A DNA stretch of 64,000 bases from Candidatus Omnitrophota bacterium (GTDB taxonomy: Bacteria > Omnitrophota > Gorgyraeia > Duberdicusellales > 4484-171): positions 197,464 to 261,463 of the forward strand of contig JBAWWL010000001.1 of NCBI GenBank assembly GCA_037146775.1, written 5' to 3'. Positions within the stretch are counted from its first letter, which is position 1. The number at the start of each line of letters is the position of its first letter. Below, piece by piece: positions 20,304-29,329 of the stretch. The notes under the pieces were generated by a model, which saw nothing but the letters and a program-made list of their open reading frames with translations, had not been told where the DNA came from and did no database searches. Both the position numbers and the translations under genes were made by a program.

Positions 20304-21378
20304 TTTTGGACAGAATATATATTCCTATCGATCCGATGATTATATTAGGAAGCCACATGCCCAAGAGGGGAGTGATTTTGCGGTATTCGATAAGCGCTTC
20401 CGCGGGGATAAACAGGAGAAAATAACTCATAGCGGTAACCGCAGCAATACCAAAATTAATAGATTTTTCCCGGTGCCGTACAAGGAGAGAAACCCCGAAG
20501 CCTAACAGGGTGAAAACTATCATCGAAAAGGAAAGGCTTACGCGTTTGTGCAGTTCCGTGAACAATTCTAACGGGCTGATCCCTTTTTTTTGCAAATAAT
20601 CTATTTTTTCTATAAGCTCTTTAACGCGCATATCCGCCGGCTTTTTTTCGATTTTGACGTTCTTTTTGTCGGAAATAGGAAGATCGACAAAAAATACCTG
20701 GAAATTCAAACGGTATAGTTCCTTCTTTTTATCCGAAGAATTTTCGTCACGAAAGCCGTTTTCCAGTTTCATTTTCAGGATGTTTTTTTCTACGACAAAC
20801 TCGCCTTTTTTTGCATAGGTAACCCTGCTGATGCCTTCTTTGTCGTTTACCTCGTACACAAACACATTCTTTAATTTGTTGCCGTCCTTATCCGAAACGT
20901 AGAGAATATAGTTAGGAAATGATTCCAGGAAGGTACCGGGCTCTATGAGCGCATTGATATTTTTCGAATACATTGTTTTCATCTGGGTGCGATACATATA
21001 GTGAAAATAGGGGTCTACTTTATCGTTGAGGATGTACAAACAAAGAGACAGTATGAATCCTAAAATCAGAAACATCTGCAAAAGCTTAAGTGACGAAATT
21101 CCCGCTACATTGATGGCGACGATTTCGTTGTCGGAAATCACCCTTCCCATAGAAAGTAAAATGCCGAATAAAAAAGAGAACGGCAAGGTATAGCGCAGCA
21201 GATTTACAAGAAAGGGGGAACACATTTTTAGGGCGTCGAGCATGTTGACCCCTTTCTGCAGCACCAGTTGCGAGGCCATCATAAGATTGATGAGCAGCAT
21301 CAACAAGCTTGCGAATAAAAGAGAGAAAATAAAGGTGATAAAGAAATCTTTTAAAATATAAGTACGTATGATTTTCAT
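20287..21378 (-). CDS. lptF: LPS export ABC transporter permease LptF (YjgP/YjgQ family)
   Basis: GRVISDNEI.AI..AGIS, MWLPNII; 3+3 TM topology. Confidence 0.85.
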   Translation of the reverse strand: MKIIRTYILKDFFITFIFSLLFASLLMLLINLMMASQLVLQKGVNMLDALKMCSPFLVNLLRYTLPFSFLFGILLSMGRVISDNEIVAINVAGISSLKLLQMFLILGFILSLCLYILNDKVDPYFHYMYRTQMKTMYSKNINALIEPGTFLESFPNYILYVSDKDGNKLKNVFVYEVNDKEGISRVTYAKKGEFVVEKNILKMKLENGFRDENSSDKKKELYRLNFQVFFVDLPISDKKNVKIEKKPADMRVKELIEKIDYLQKKGISPLELFTELHKRVSLSFSMIVFTLLGFGVSLLVRHREKSINFGIAAVTAMSYFLLFIPAEALIEYRKITPLLGMWLPNIIIGSIGIYILSKNAHFR

Positions 21379-22079
21379 ATGGTTTTTGCCAATGTTATGA
21401 CCGTAATTTCTTTGGCGCCGTTTTCTTTGAGTGTGCGGCTTGCTTCCTGCACGGTTGCTCCGGTTGTAAAAATATCATCGATGATTATGATACGTTGATT
21501 CTCCACTTGTTTTTGTATACCGAATATGCCCTTGACGTTATCTTGGCGTTGTTCTTTTTCGAGTTTGGTTTGAGAGATCTTTATTTCTTTAACATAGATT
21601 ATATCATCTTTACAGGAAATGTTAAAATAATTTGCTAATGCATGAGCCAACAAGGAGGATTGGTTATAACCTCTTTCGCGCAAATTGGAGGCGTGCATGG
21701 GGATGGGAACCAAGTCGCAGCCGGCCAAGGTGACACCGATTTTTGCTAGGTGCGTTATCATCAGAGTAGCGAAAAACCCGGCCAGATAATCGCAATTTTT
21801 ATACTTAAAGAGATGAATCAGGTTAACTAATGGTTCCTTGTATAAAGCGACGCTTATTATTCTGTCATAAGGAATATTTCCGGCTATACAATTTGCGCAT
21901 AGTCCTGTTTTATTGTTTTCTATGGATTGTGCGCAAGCGCGGCAGCTGGGCGGATAGACGTATTCGATAGCTTCCTGGCAGGCAGGGCATAGATAGCCTT
22001 CGTTGATCTTTTGTTCGCATTGGAAACATAATGATGGCAATAGAATGTCTTTTGCCGCGGCTACATACTGTCCAAACAT
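21375..22079 (-). CDS. comF: ComF family double zinc ribbon/phosphoribosyltransferase protein (intact copy)
   Basis: Four CxxC pairs, FKY, VPIPMH..RERGYNQS, IIDDIFTTGAT. Confidence 0.93.
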   Translation of the reverse strand: MFGQYVAAAKDILLPSLCFQCEQKINEGYLCPACQEAIEYVYPPSCRACAQSIENNKTGLCANCIAGNIPYDRIISVALYKEPLVNLIHLFKYKNCDYLAGFFATLMITHLAKIGVTLAGCDLVPIPMHASNLRERGYNQSSLLAHALANYFNISCKDDIIYVKEIKISQTKLEKEQRQDNVKGIFGIQKQVENQRIIIIDDIFTTGATVQEASRTLKENGAKEITVITLAKTI

Positions 22080-22126
22080 AGCCCTTATTGTACGGTATTT
22101 CTTTTTGATTGTAAAACCATTTTTAT
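21643..22126. repeat. 484-bp direct repeat, copy 1 (comF promoter and 5' two-thirds)
   Basis: Matches 23044-23527 (offset 1401) with no differences found by eye; boundaries tgagccaacaagg... and ...aaccatttttat. Confidence 0.95.
22087..22115 (-). promoter_or_regulatory. Putative sigma70 promoter of comF-lptF-lptG, probably leaderless (duplicated at 23488-23516)
   Basis: Minus strand TTTACA-17 nt-TACAAT with only 7 nt to the comF ATG. Confidence 0.6.
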
Positions 22127-22287
22127 ATCAGGTAGCTTACGTTGGCGGTGTAAACAAAATAATTAGCATCCACTATACTGAAACCTTGGGAATTAAGATT
22201 ATGGTAAGGTTATCTTTCTTAATTATTTTTTTATTTCTTGCTGTTATCCCCGGCATGTCTTTTCTTGCAATAATAAAGTTTTACATG

Positions 22288-22316
22288 TAGACTATTTCTT
22301 TAAGTTTGTATAGAAT
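22288..22316 (+). promoter_or_regulatory. Putative sigma70 promoter of the inserted methyltransferase gene
   Basis: TAGACT-17 nt-TAGAAT upstream of RBS AAGGAG. Confidence 0.4.
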
Positions 22317-22350
22317 TATCGTATGAAATAGTTAAAAAGGAGAGGTTTCT

Positions 22351-23046
22351 ATGATTTCATTAAAACGATATAAAGTCGCTCAAGACGCAGAGAGAAATTC
22401 CCACCATTTAAAAAAAGATATCAACATTCTTGAAAGAAGAACTACTTCTGCAAAAAAAGCAATTTTGCCATATTATGAATTGATGGAGAAGATGATCAAC
22501 ATAAATGAGCAAAGCAGGATAGTCGATGTTGGTAGCGGACCTACTTGCTTAGCTCGGTTCTTTAAAACAGGTAGAAAAGTTTACATAGATCCCTTGATGA
22601 ATTTTTATAAAGAATTTTATAAAGATAAAGTTCCTGATGATGGATTCCTCGTTAACGAGATGGCTGAGAAGACATCATTCCCCGATGAAACTTTTGATGT
22701 AGTTATATGCTACAATATGCTTGACCATGTTTTTGAGCCATGGAAGGTTATTGAAGAGATGAAAAGAATACTTAAACCCAATGGGTTAGTTTTGGCAGGC
22801 GTTTATATGCATAATCCTATAATGAAATTTTTAAGAATATTGGGCGAAAAATCGTGGATTTTCAAAGAAAGACCGCATCCTTATTCATTCTCAATAAAAG
22901 ATCTGCACACTCATTTTAAAGAAAACTTTATAATCAAAGTAGAAGATATAATTAAAGGCAAGGAATCCATATTAAATTTTAAAAGAAGATTTTATATTTT
23001 TATTTTGTCAAAACCGCCCAAAAATGTCAAACCTTCAAGCTCTTGA
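22351..23046 (+). CDS. Class I SAM-dependent methyltransferase (Methyltransf_11-like), AT-rich
   Basis: VDVGSGP motif I, FPDETFDVV, NMLDHV, RILKPNG; strong RBS; stop codon supplied by the first 3 nt of repeat copy 2. Confidence 0.88.
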   Translation: MISLKRYKVAQDAERNSHHLKKDINILERRTTSAKKAILPYYELMEKMININEQSRIVDVGSGPTCLARFFKTGRKVYIDPLMNFYKEFYKDKVPDDGFLVNEMAEKTSFPDETFDVVICYNMLDHVFEPWKVIEEMKRILKPNGLVLAGVYMHNPIMKFLRILGEKSWIFKERPHPYSFSIKDLHTHFKENFIIKVEDIIKGKESILNFKRRFYIFILSKPPKNVKPSSS

Positions 23047-23480
23047 GCCAACAAGGAGGATTGGTTATAACCTCTTTCGCGCAAATTGGAGGCGTGCATG
23101 GGGATGGGAACCAAGTCGCAGCCGGCCAAGGTGACACCGATTTTTGCTAGGTGCGTTATCATCAGAGTAGCGAAAAACCCGGCCAGATAATCGCAATTTT
23201 TATACTTAAAGAGATGAATCAGGTTAACTAATGGTTCCTTGTATAAAGCGACGCTTATTATTCTGTCATAAGGAATATTTCCGGCTATACAATTTGCGCA
23301 TAGTCCTGTTTTATTGTTTTCTATGGATTGTGCGCAAGCGCGGCAGCTGGGCGGATAGACGTATTCGATAGCTTCCTGGCAGGCAGGGCATAGATAGCCT
23401 TCGTTGATCTTTTGTTCGCATTGGAAACATAATGATGGCAATAGAATGTCTTTTGCCGCGGCTACATACTGTCCAAACAT
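22992..23480 (-). pseudogene. comF: Truncated duplicate of comF, lacking the PRPP-binding C-terminus
   Basis: Same as intact comF up to ...GYNQSSLLA, then reads into the methyltransferase antisense strand. Confidence 0.88.
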
Positions 23481-23527
23481 AGCCCTTATTGTACGGTATT
23501 TCTTTTTGATTGTAAAACCATTTTTAT
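23044..23527. repeat. 484-bp direct repeat, copy 2
   Basis: Matches 21643-22126 by eye. Confidence 0.95.
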
Positions 23528-23552
23528 CCGAACTGCCTATGCGCAAAATGCA

Positions 23553-23580
23553 TTGACACGGATGCGATTAATCTTATAAT
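23553..23580 (+). promoter_or_regulatory. Consensus sigma70 promoter for nifS-nadA
   Basis: TTGACA (23553-23558), 16 nt, TATAAT (23575-23580). Confidence 0.75.
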
Positions 23581-23698
23581 AACCTACCATAAAGGTGCAT
23601 TATTTTTTTTGGTGTATGCGGGTATTTTGAAGCATGTGTGATGGTTCAGGTAACTTGAAAAGGCTTATCAAGGCAATAGGAAAGCAATGTAGAGGTAT

Positions 23699-24928
23699 TT
23701 GTTGCTAAAACTTAAAAAAAGCTCGAAAAAACGTCTTGAAACGCAAAGGCGGCGGTCACGAGGGAGGGCGGAAGTATATTTTGATTACAACGCGACAACT
23801 CCTCTGGATAAGAGGGTTCTGGAAAAAATGTTGCCCTATCTGGAAACTTTCTATGGAAACCCTTCCTCGATATATCGTTTTGCGCAAAGTGCACGCAAGG
23901 CCGTGGAAGATGCCCGGGAAAACATCGCCAAATTAATTTGCGCATCGCCCGAGGAAATTATTTTTACCTCCGGCGGTACCGAGGCAAACAATAGTGCCTT
24001 AAAAGGAATAGCTTTTTCTCAATGTTCCCGGGGTAAACATATTATTACCTCCGCAATAGAACACCAGGCTGTTTTGAATCCCTGCGGTTTTCTGAAAACG
24101 ATGGGTTTTGAGGTGAGCTATGTTGGTGTCGATGAGTACGGGATGGTGCGCTTAGATGAGTTAAAGAAGAATATAAGAGACGATACCATTCTAGTTTCGA
24201 TTATGCACGCTAACAACGAGGTGGGAACGATTCAGCCCATAGAAGAGGTAGGAAGTATTTGCAGGGAGCGGGAAATATATTTTCATACCGATGCAGTTCA
24301 AACTGCGGGTAGAATCCCTTTGAACGTGAAGGATCTGGGGGTTGATTTGCTTTCTTTTTCAGCTCACAAGCTGTATGGCCCAAAAGGGGTGGGAGCATTA
24401 TATGTAAGAAAAAAAACTCCTCTGCACCCGCTTATCCACGGCGGTAAACAGGAACGCGGTATGCGCGCAGGAACAGAGAACGTCGGCGGTATCGTGGGTT
24501 TTTCGGAAGCGGCAACAATTGCCGGGCAATATATGCAGCAAGATCAGGCGAGGGTGGGGGTGTTACGTAAGAAGCTGGAAGAGGGTATTTTGAAGTATAT
24601 TCCTGAAGTAAAAGTCAATGGACATCCAAAAAAAAGGTTATATAATACTTTAAATGTTTCGATAAAACATACGGAAGGCGAAAGCGTTCTGATTAACTTG
24701 GACTTTGAAGGTATTTGTGCTTCCGGCGGTTCTGCCTGCGCTTCCGGATCTCTGGAGGCCTCACACGTTCTTCTGGCCATGGGTTTATCTCCTGCACTTG
24801 CGCGGGGAGCGATACGTTTCAGCTGCGGAAGATATAACACCAAAGAGGAAGTAGACAGAGTTTTGAAGGTTTTGCCCTCTATCGTGGATAAGTTAAGGAG
24901 TATGTCGTCGTCCTGGCAGGGTAGGTAG
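23699..24928 (+). CDS. nifS: Cysteine desulfurase NifS/IscS (group I); start uncertain
   Basis: YFDYNATTP, FTSGGTE, HANNEVG, DAVQ, SAHKLYGPKG, SGGSAC. Confidence 0.95.
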   Translation: MLLKLKKSSKKRLETQRRRSRGRAEVYFDYNATTPLDKRVLEKMLPYLETFYGNPSSIYRFAQSARKAVEDARENIAKLICASPEEIIFTSGGTEANNSALKGIAFSQCSRGKHIITSAIEHQAVLNPCGFLKTMGFEVSYVGVDEYGMVRLDELKKNIRDDTILVSIMHANNEVGTIQPIEEVGSICREREIYFHTDAVQTAGRIPLNVKDLGVDLLSFSAHKLYGPKGVGALYVRKKTPLHPLIHGGKQERGMRAGTENVGGIVGFSEAATIAGQYMQQDQARVGVLRKKLEEGILKYIPEVKVNGHPKKRLYNTLNVSIKHTEGESVLINLDFEGICASGGSACASGSLEASHVLLAMGLSPALARGAIRFSCGRYNTKEEVDRVLKVLPSIVDKLRSMSSSWQGR

Positions 24929-24931
24929 TGT

Positions 24932-25846
24932 ATGGATAGCAAAGAAGCTTTAGTAAAGAAAATTTTAAAACTAAAAGAAAAAAGAAAAGCTGTTTTGCTG
25001 GCTCATAATTACCAGATTCCCGAAATCCAGGATTTAGCGGATTTTGTGGGGGATTCGCTGGAATTATCGAAGACTTCCAAGAACCTGGATTCTTCCCTTA
25101 TCGTTTTTTGTGGCGTTAGGTTTATGGCGGAGACGGCAAAAATTCTTTCTCCCCGCAAAAAAGTTCTTTTACCTGCCCTGGCGGCGGGCTGTCCTCTGGC
25201 GGATACGATTAACCTGGATGAGCTTTTACGTTTGAAAGCCACGCATCCCGATGCCTGGGTAGTAAGTTACGTAAATACTTCTGCTCAGATAAAAGCAGCC
25301 AGCGATGTCTGTTGTACTTCCGGTAATGCCGTTACGGTGGTCAAGAATGCACCTTCCCGAAAGATAATTTTTGTTCCTGACAAAAATTTAGGCTGGTGGG
25401 TACAAAAGAATGTTCCTGAAAAAAATATAATTCTCTGGCAGGGTTCCTGCTATGTCCACGAGCAGTTTACTTTAGAGGAACTGGAAGGAGCCAGAAAGAT
25501 ATTTCCTGACGCCCCAATTTTAGCTCATCCCGAATGCAGAAAAGAAATTTTGCAAAAAGCCGATTCCGTGGTTTCTACCGCCGGTATGCTCAAGTACGTA
25601 AAGCAATCTTCTTCCAAACGGTTTATCGTCGGGACAGAAGAGGGGCTGATCCATAAATTGAAGAAAGAGAATCCGGGTAAGGAGTTTTATTCTTTAGGTG
25701 CGGCGAAAATATGTGTGAACATGAAAAAAACCACTCTTCTGGAGCTTTATACATCTTTGGAGAAAGAAGTCCATGAGATCCATCTCGATAAAGAAATAAT
25801 AGAAAAAGCAACCATAGCTTTAGAGAGAATGGTGAGCTACACTTAA
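24932..25846 (+). CDS. nadA: Quinolinate synthase A
   Basis: LAHNYQ, GDSLEL, FCGVRFMAETAK, AGCPLAD, YVNTSA, AHPEC, C.NMKK. Confidence 0.97.
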   Translation: MDSKEALVKKILKLKEKRKAVLLAHNYQIPEIQDLADFVGDSLELSKTSKNLDSSLIVFCGVRFMAETAKILSPRKKVLLPALAAGCPLADTINLDELLRLKATHPDAWVVSYVNTSAQIKAASDVCCTSGNAVTVVKNAPSRKIIFVPDKNLGWWVQKNVPEKNIILWQGSCYVHEQFTLEELEGARKIFPDAPILAHPECRKEILQKADSVVSTAGMLKYVKQSSSKRFIVGTEEGLIHKLKKENPGKEFYSLGAAKICVNMKKTTLLELYTSLEKEVHEIHLDKEIIEKATIALERMVSYT

Positions 25847-25874
25847 CTAAAAATAGAGACCTGCAAATTTTTAT

Positions 25875-26110
25875 AAATCAGAAATCCAATAGCTCGATTA
25901 TACTCACCATTAGTCCTAAAGCGAAGTCAAAAGATCAAATTTCAAACAAATCCAAAGTTAAAAACCAAAAATCCTTGCCGGCAGGCCCTCGGCTTCCCGA
26001 CTCGCCGAGGCGGACGCCGCGAGGCGAGCAGGCACGCAAAAAAGTTTTTGGTTTGGAAAATTTAGGTTCTGGGTTTATTTATGGTTGAGGGTTTTTTGAT
26101 TTAGGTTTTA
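25875..26110. repeat. Intergenic nested palindromic element: A-rich left arm, GC-rich hairpin core, T-rich right arm
   Basis: aaaccaaaaa (~25962) vs tttttggttt (~26045); core cctcggc/gccgagg (25987-26010), ctcgcc/ggcgag (26001-26028), tgccggca palindrome (25976-25983). Confidence 0.6.
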
Positions 26111-26130
26111 TTTTTATTTACTTTTAAAAT

Positions 26131-27183
26131 ATGAAAAAGAAGATAGCGGTTGGCCTAAGCGGTGGGATTGACTCGAGTTTTGCCGCTTATCTCCTTGTCA
26201 GACAAGGCTGGGATGTGGTGGGTTTTACCTTGAAATTTTATCCCCAGGAGAATCGTTGTTGTGATTTGGATAGTCTCTATGAGGCTCAGAGGTTGTGCCA
26301 TAAGCTTGGTATCCCTCATTACGTGATAGATGCCGGAGAGTTATTCAAAAAAGAAATAATCGCTTATTTTATTGAAAGTTATCTAAAAGGAATGACCCCT
26401 AACCCTTGTGCATTTTGCAACCGTTTCATTAAATTCGGATACTTTCTTGAAAAGGCCAAATCCCTGGGTATTGATTATGTGGCTACCGGGCACTATGCCC
26501 GGATAGCGAAGAAAAAGGATGTATTTCTTTTAAAGCGGGCTAAAGATAATAAAAAATCACAGGAATATTTTCTTTCTTTGATAAAACCAGCCGTACTGGG
26601 AAAACTGGTTTTTCCCTTAGGTAACTATCTTAAAGAAGAGGTGAAGAAGATAGTCCAAAAAGAAAAAGTTATATTTAAACCAAGAAAAGAAAGCCAGGAT
26701 ATCTGTTTCGTGGAGGAGCAGTCATACGCGCATTTCATAGAGAAGAACACCTGTGATTTCAAACGTTATGAAGGAGATATCCGGCACGTAAACGGAACCG
26801 CGCTGGGAAAACACAAAGGTATTTATCGCTTTACGTATGGCCAGCGGGGAGGCTTAGGTATTGGCTGGAGTGAACCGCTTTACGTCGCAGCTATCGATGC
26901 GCGGACGAATACCGTTGTTGTAGGAGAAAAAAAATATCTTTATAAAGATATTTTTTTAGTGCAATCGTTGAATTGGTTTAGCCCGCCGGAAAAATATCGA
27001 ACCATTAAGGTGAAGATACGCTATAATAGTCCATGGTATGATTGTCGGCTAAAAATCGACGGCCAGGTTGTTACCGTTTCTCTTAAGGAAAAGGTTGCAG
27101 CGATTACTCCCGGGCAGATTGCGGTTTTTTATCATAACGATATGGTGGTGGGTGCGGGAATCATCTCTAAAAATACGGCATGA
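26131..27183 (+). CDS. mnmA: tRNA-specific 2-thiouridylase MnmA
   Basis: SGGIDS PP-loop, TPNPCAFCN, ATGHYA, ESQDICF, TYGQRGGLG, TPGQ. Confidence 0.96.
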   Translation: MKKKIAVGLSGGIDSSFAAYLLVRQGWDVVGFTLKFYPQENRCCDLDSLYEAQRLCHKLGIPHYVIDAGELFKKEIIAYFIESYLKGMTPNPCAFCNRFIKFGYFLEKAKSLGIDYVATGHYARIAKKKDVFLLKRAKDNKKSQEYFLSLIKPAVLGKLVFPLGNYLKEEVKKIVQKEKVIFKPRKESQDICFVEEQSYAHFIEKNTCDFKRYEGDIRHVNGTALGKHKGIYRFTYGQRGGLGIGWSEPLYVAAIDARTNTVVVGEKKYLYKDIFLVQSLNWFSPPEKYRTIKVKIRYNSPWYDCRLKIDGQVVTVSLKEKVAAITPGQIAVFYHNDMVVGAGIISKNTA

Positions 27184-27245
27184 GCATGGGTGTGCAATGC
27201 CGGAATGTATCTATAAAAAAACATAATGATCGGCGTCACTGTCTT

Positions 27246-28055
27246 ATGAATTCCTTAACGAAAAAATACACAAAACTTAAAAAAACTTTAAAGGGATTGG
27301 GTTCCGGTATTATCGCTTTTTCCGGCGGCCTCGACAGCGGCTTGCTGGCAAAAGTGGCACGTGACTGTTTAGGGGCAGAGGTTATCGCGGTAACGGCATG
27401 TTCTCCTACGTATCCCGCAGGCGATTTGCGCAAGGCCAAGATTATTGCGCGCGAAATAGGCATACGGCACCTCGTGGTCAAAACAGACGAATTCAAGGAT
27501 AAGAATTTTACGGCAAATTCCAGAAATCGTTGTTATTGGTGCAAGAAAAAACTTTTTTCGAAATTAAGGACACTGACGAGTCGTTACGGCTCCACCTATA
27601 TTATGGACGGTACCAATTTTGACGACAGAAGAGACCATCGCCCCGGGCTTATAGCCAACAAGGAATATAGCGTTAAAAGTCCTCTCTATGAATGCGGATT
27701 TACCAAAAAAGATGTTCGTAATTTGGCCAAGCTATTAAAGCTTTCTTTCTGGAATCAACCTTCGCAGTCATGTTTGTCATCAAGGATTCCTTTTGGGCAG
27801 GCGATTACTCTTTCGCGCATCGAACGGATTGGTCAGGCCGAGCGTATCTTGAGGAATTTTTTCGGCAATGATATCCTTTTGCGCGCCAGGGACCATAATG
27901 AGTTGGTACGTATTGAGCTGGAAAAGAAAGGGTGGACGCAGCTGGTAAAATCTGATATAAATAGATTGCTAAAAGGCCTAAAAAAGACAGGTTATACGTA
28001 CATAACTTTTGATCTGGAAGGATATATTCCGGCGGGCTTACGCAGGCAAAATTAA
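27246..28055 (+). CDS. larE: ATP-dependent sulfur transferase LarE family
   Basis: AFSGGLDS PP-loop, N..NRCYWCK, DGTN.DD..DHRPG, PSQSCLSSRIPFG; ATG 27246 preferred. Confidence 0.9.
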   Translation: MNSLTKKYTKLKKTLKGLGSGIIAFSGGLDSGLLAKVARDCLGAEVIAVTACSPTYPAGDLRKAKIIAREIGIRHLVVKTDEFKDKNFTANSRNRCYWCKKKLFSKLRTLTSRYGSTYIMDGTNFDDRRDHRPGLIANKEYSVKSPLYECGFTKKDVRNLAKLLKLSFWNQPSQSCLSSRIPFGQAITLSRIERIGQAERILRNFFGNDILLRARDHNELVRIELEKKGWTQLVKSDINRLLKGLKKTGYTYITFDLEGYIPAGLRRQN

Positions 28056-28095
28056 CCGATTAAATGATTAACGGATCAGTTATTAAGGAGGGGCG

Positions 28096-28710
28096 ATGAA
28101 AGGCTTGGGTATTTTAGCTTTAGGATTTTTTTTACTCGTAGCGGCTGGTTGTTCATCCGCTCCGGTAGAGAGCCTTCTGATAGATAGCTTTGAAGGCGAG
28201 ATCAATAAACAGACTATAGACTACGGTACCTCCGAAGGAACGGTATTGATGGTGAGCGCGGATATACAACAGAAAGTATGCGGGGAGCAGTCGCTTAAGA
28301 TTGAGTATGATTTAAAACCTTCGGGTTATATGTGGATAGCGCGAGGATACAATTTAGACGTAAAAAGCGCGGCGCAGTGGCTTATTACACCGCAGCAGAT
28401 CGTATGGAAGAAATACAATGCTATTAGTCTGCAGATGTATGGGAGTAATTCCGGCAGTGTCGTCGCTTTTGATATAAAAGATGCCGGAGGAGAGGTCTGG
28501 CGGTTTTTGATTGATGACGATTTTAGCGGCTGGAAAGAAATTGTATGCCTATTTTCAGGATTTTTTGTGCGCAAAGATTGGCAACCAGAAACAGCACAAA
28601 AAAATGATACCATTGATTTTCCGATCATGAGTTTTCAGTTTGAACCGCGTTTACCCGGCAAGGGAATGTATTATTTTGATTGTGTAAAATTGGTACGTGT
28701 TAAAGAGTGA
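28096..28710 (+). CDS. Lipoprotein with CBM11/CIA30-like carbohydrate-binding domain
   Basis: Lipobox-like VAAGC, LLIDSFE start, DDFSGWKEI..F..F, YYFDCV; RBS AAGGAGG. Confidence 0.7.
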   Translation: MKGLGILALGFFLLVAAGCSSAPVESLLIDSFEGEINKQTIDYGTSEGTVLMVSADIQQKVCGEQSLKIEYDLKPSGYMWIARGYNLDVKSAAQWLITPQQIVWKKYNAISLQMYGSNSGSVVAFDIKDAGGEVWRFLIDDDFSGWKEIVCLFSGFFVRKDWQPETAQKNDTIDFPIMSFQFEPRLPGKGMYYFDCVKLVRVKE

Positions 28711-28742
28711 TAAGGTTTGATTCGTAAAAAAGGAAAACAAGC

Positions 28743-29000
28743 ATGTCTGCTGAGTTTTTGGTCGCTAGCTGTCATTATATTGATGAAGTCGGCACTTTGA
28801 TTGGAGGAGAAGTCTTGAAAGGGCGGATTGAGGAGGGCGAATGGGGGGCAACCGCCTCTGGCAAAAAGTTTCTGGTGTCGAAAATGGAGTTTCAAGGCGA
28901 CCGCAGGGTCAGCGCGAGCGAGCATGAGAAGGTTAATCTCTATGCTATACATATTTCGCAAACGTATGTGCGGGCGGGAGACACTCTTTATTTTTATTAA
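28743..29000 (+). CDS. Small hypothetical protein resembling a stand-alone EF-Tu domain II beta-barrel
   Basis: F.V...H.I..VGTLIGGEVLKGRIEEG and VRAGDTL patterns. Confidence 0.5.
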   Translation: MSAEFLVASCHYIDEVGTLIGGEVLKGRIEEGEWGATASGKKFLVSKMEFQGDRRVSASEHEKVNLYAIHISQTYVRAGDTLYFY

Positions 29001-29038
29001 GTACGCTGCGCATAGCTTATATCGCAAGGAGACACATA

Positions 29039-29329
29039 ATGGAAACTAAAAAGCAAAATCCGCTGGCGAACCCTTCTATCGTATTGCGCGAAGAATTCGA
29101 CGATTGGGCCCTTCTTTTTGACCCGGATACGAACGATATCTTCGCCATAGATCCGGTAGCGGTATTTATCTGGAAGCTTCTTAACGGGAAACGCAGCTGC
29201 AAGGCTATCCTGGAAGAATTAAAAGAGTGCTGCGACGATATACCCGAAGACGCCGGAACGTATGTGAATGATTTTATCCGGCAGTTGGAAGAGCGGGGTT
29301 TAGTTGGATATGAATCAACTCAAAACTGA
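29039..29329 (+). CDS. PqqD-family RiPP recognition element (SynChlorMet ScmD-like)
   Basis: ANPSIVLREEFDDWALLFDPD, PVAVFIWKLLNG, FIRQLEERGLV; RBS AAGGAG. Confidence 0.9.
   Translation: METKKQNPLANPSIVLREEFDDWALLFDPDTNDIFAIDPVAVFIWKLLNGKRSCKAILEELKECCDDIPEDAGTYVNDFIRQLEERGLVGYESTQN

Noticed and set aside
22127-23043. Insertion sequence with target-site duplication
   Set aside because: No transposase or terminal inverted repeats, and 484 bp is far longer than a transposition target duplication
23481-23546. N-terminal extension of the second comF copy in the ORF track
   Set aside because: It runs through the promoter sequence; the homologous start is 23480
23576-23603. Possible Rrf2/IscR-type operator downstream of the nifS -10 (ataat...acct...aggt...attat)
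   Set aside because: Dyad is weak and no Rrf2 gene is in the window; not supportable without a motif model
23699-23773. Lys/Arg-rich N-terminal extension on NifS
   Set aside because: True start is ambiguous (TTG 23699/23702 or a non-canonical start nearer VYFDY), so the extension may not be real
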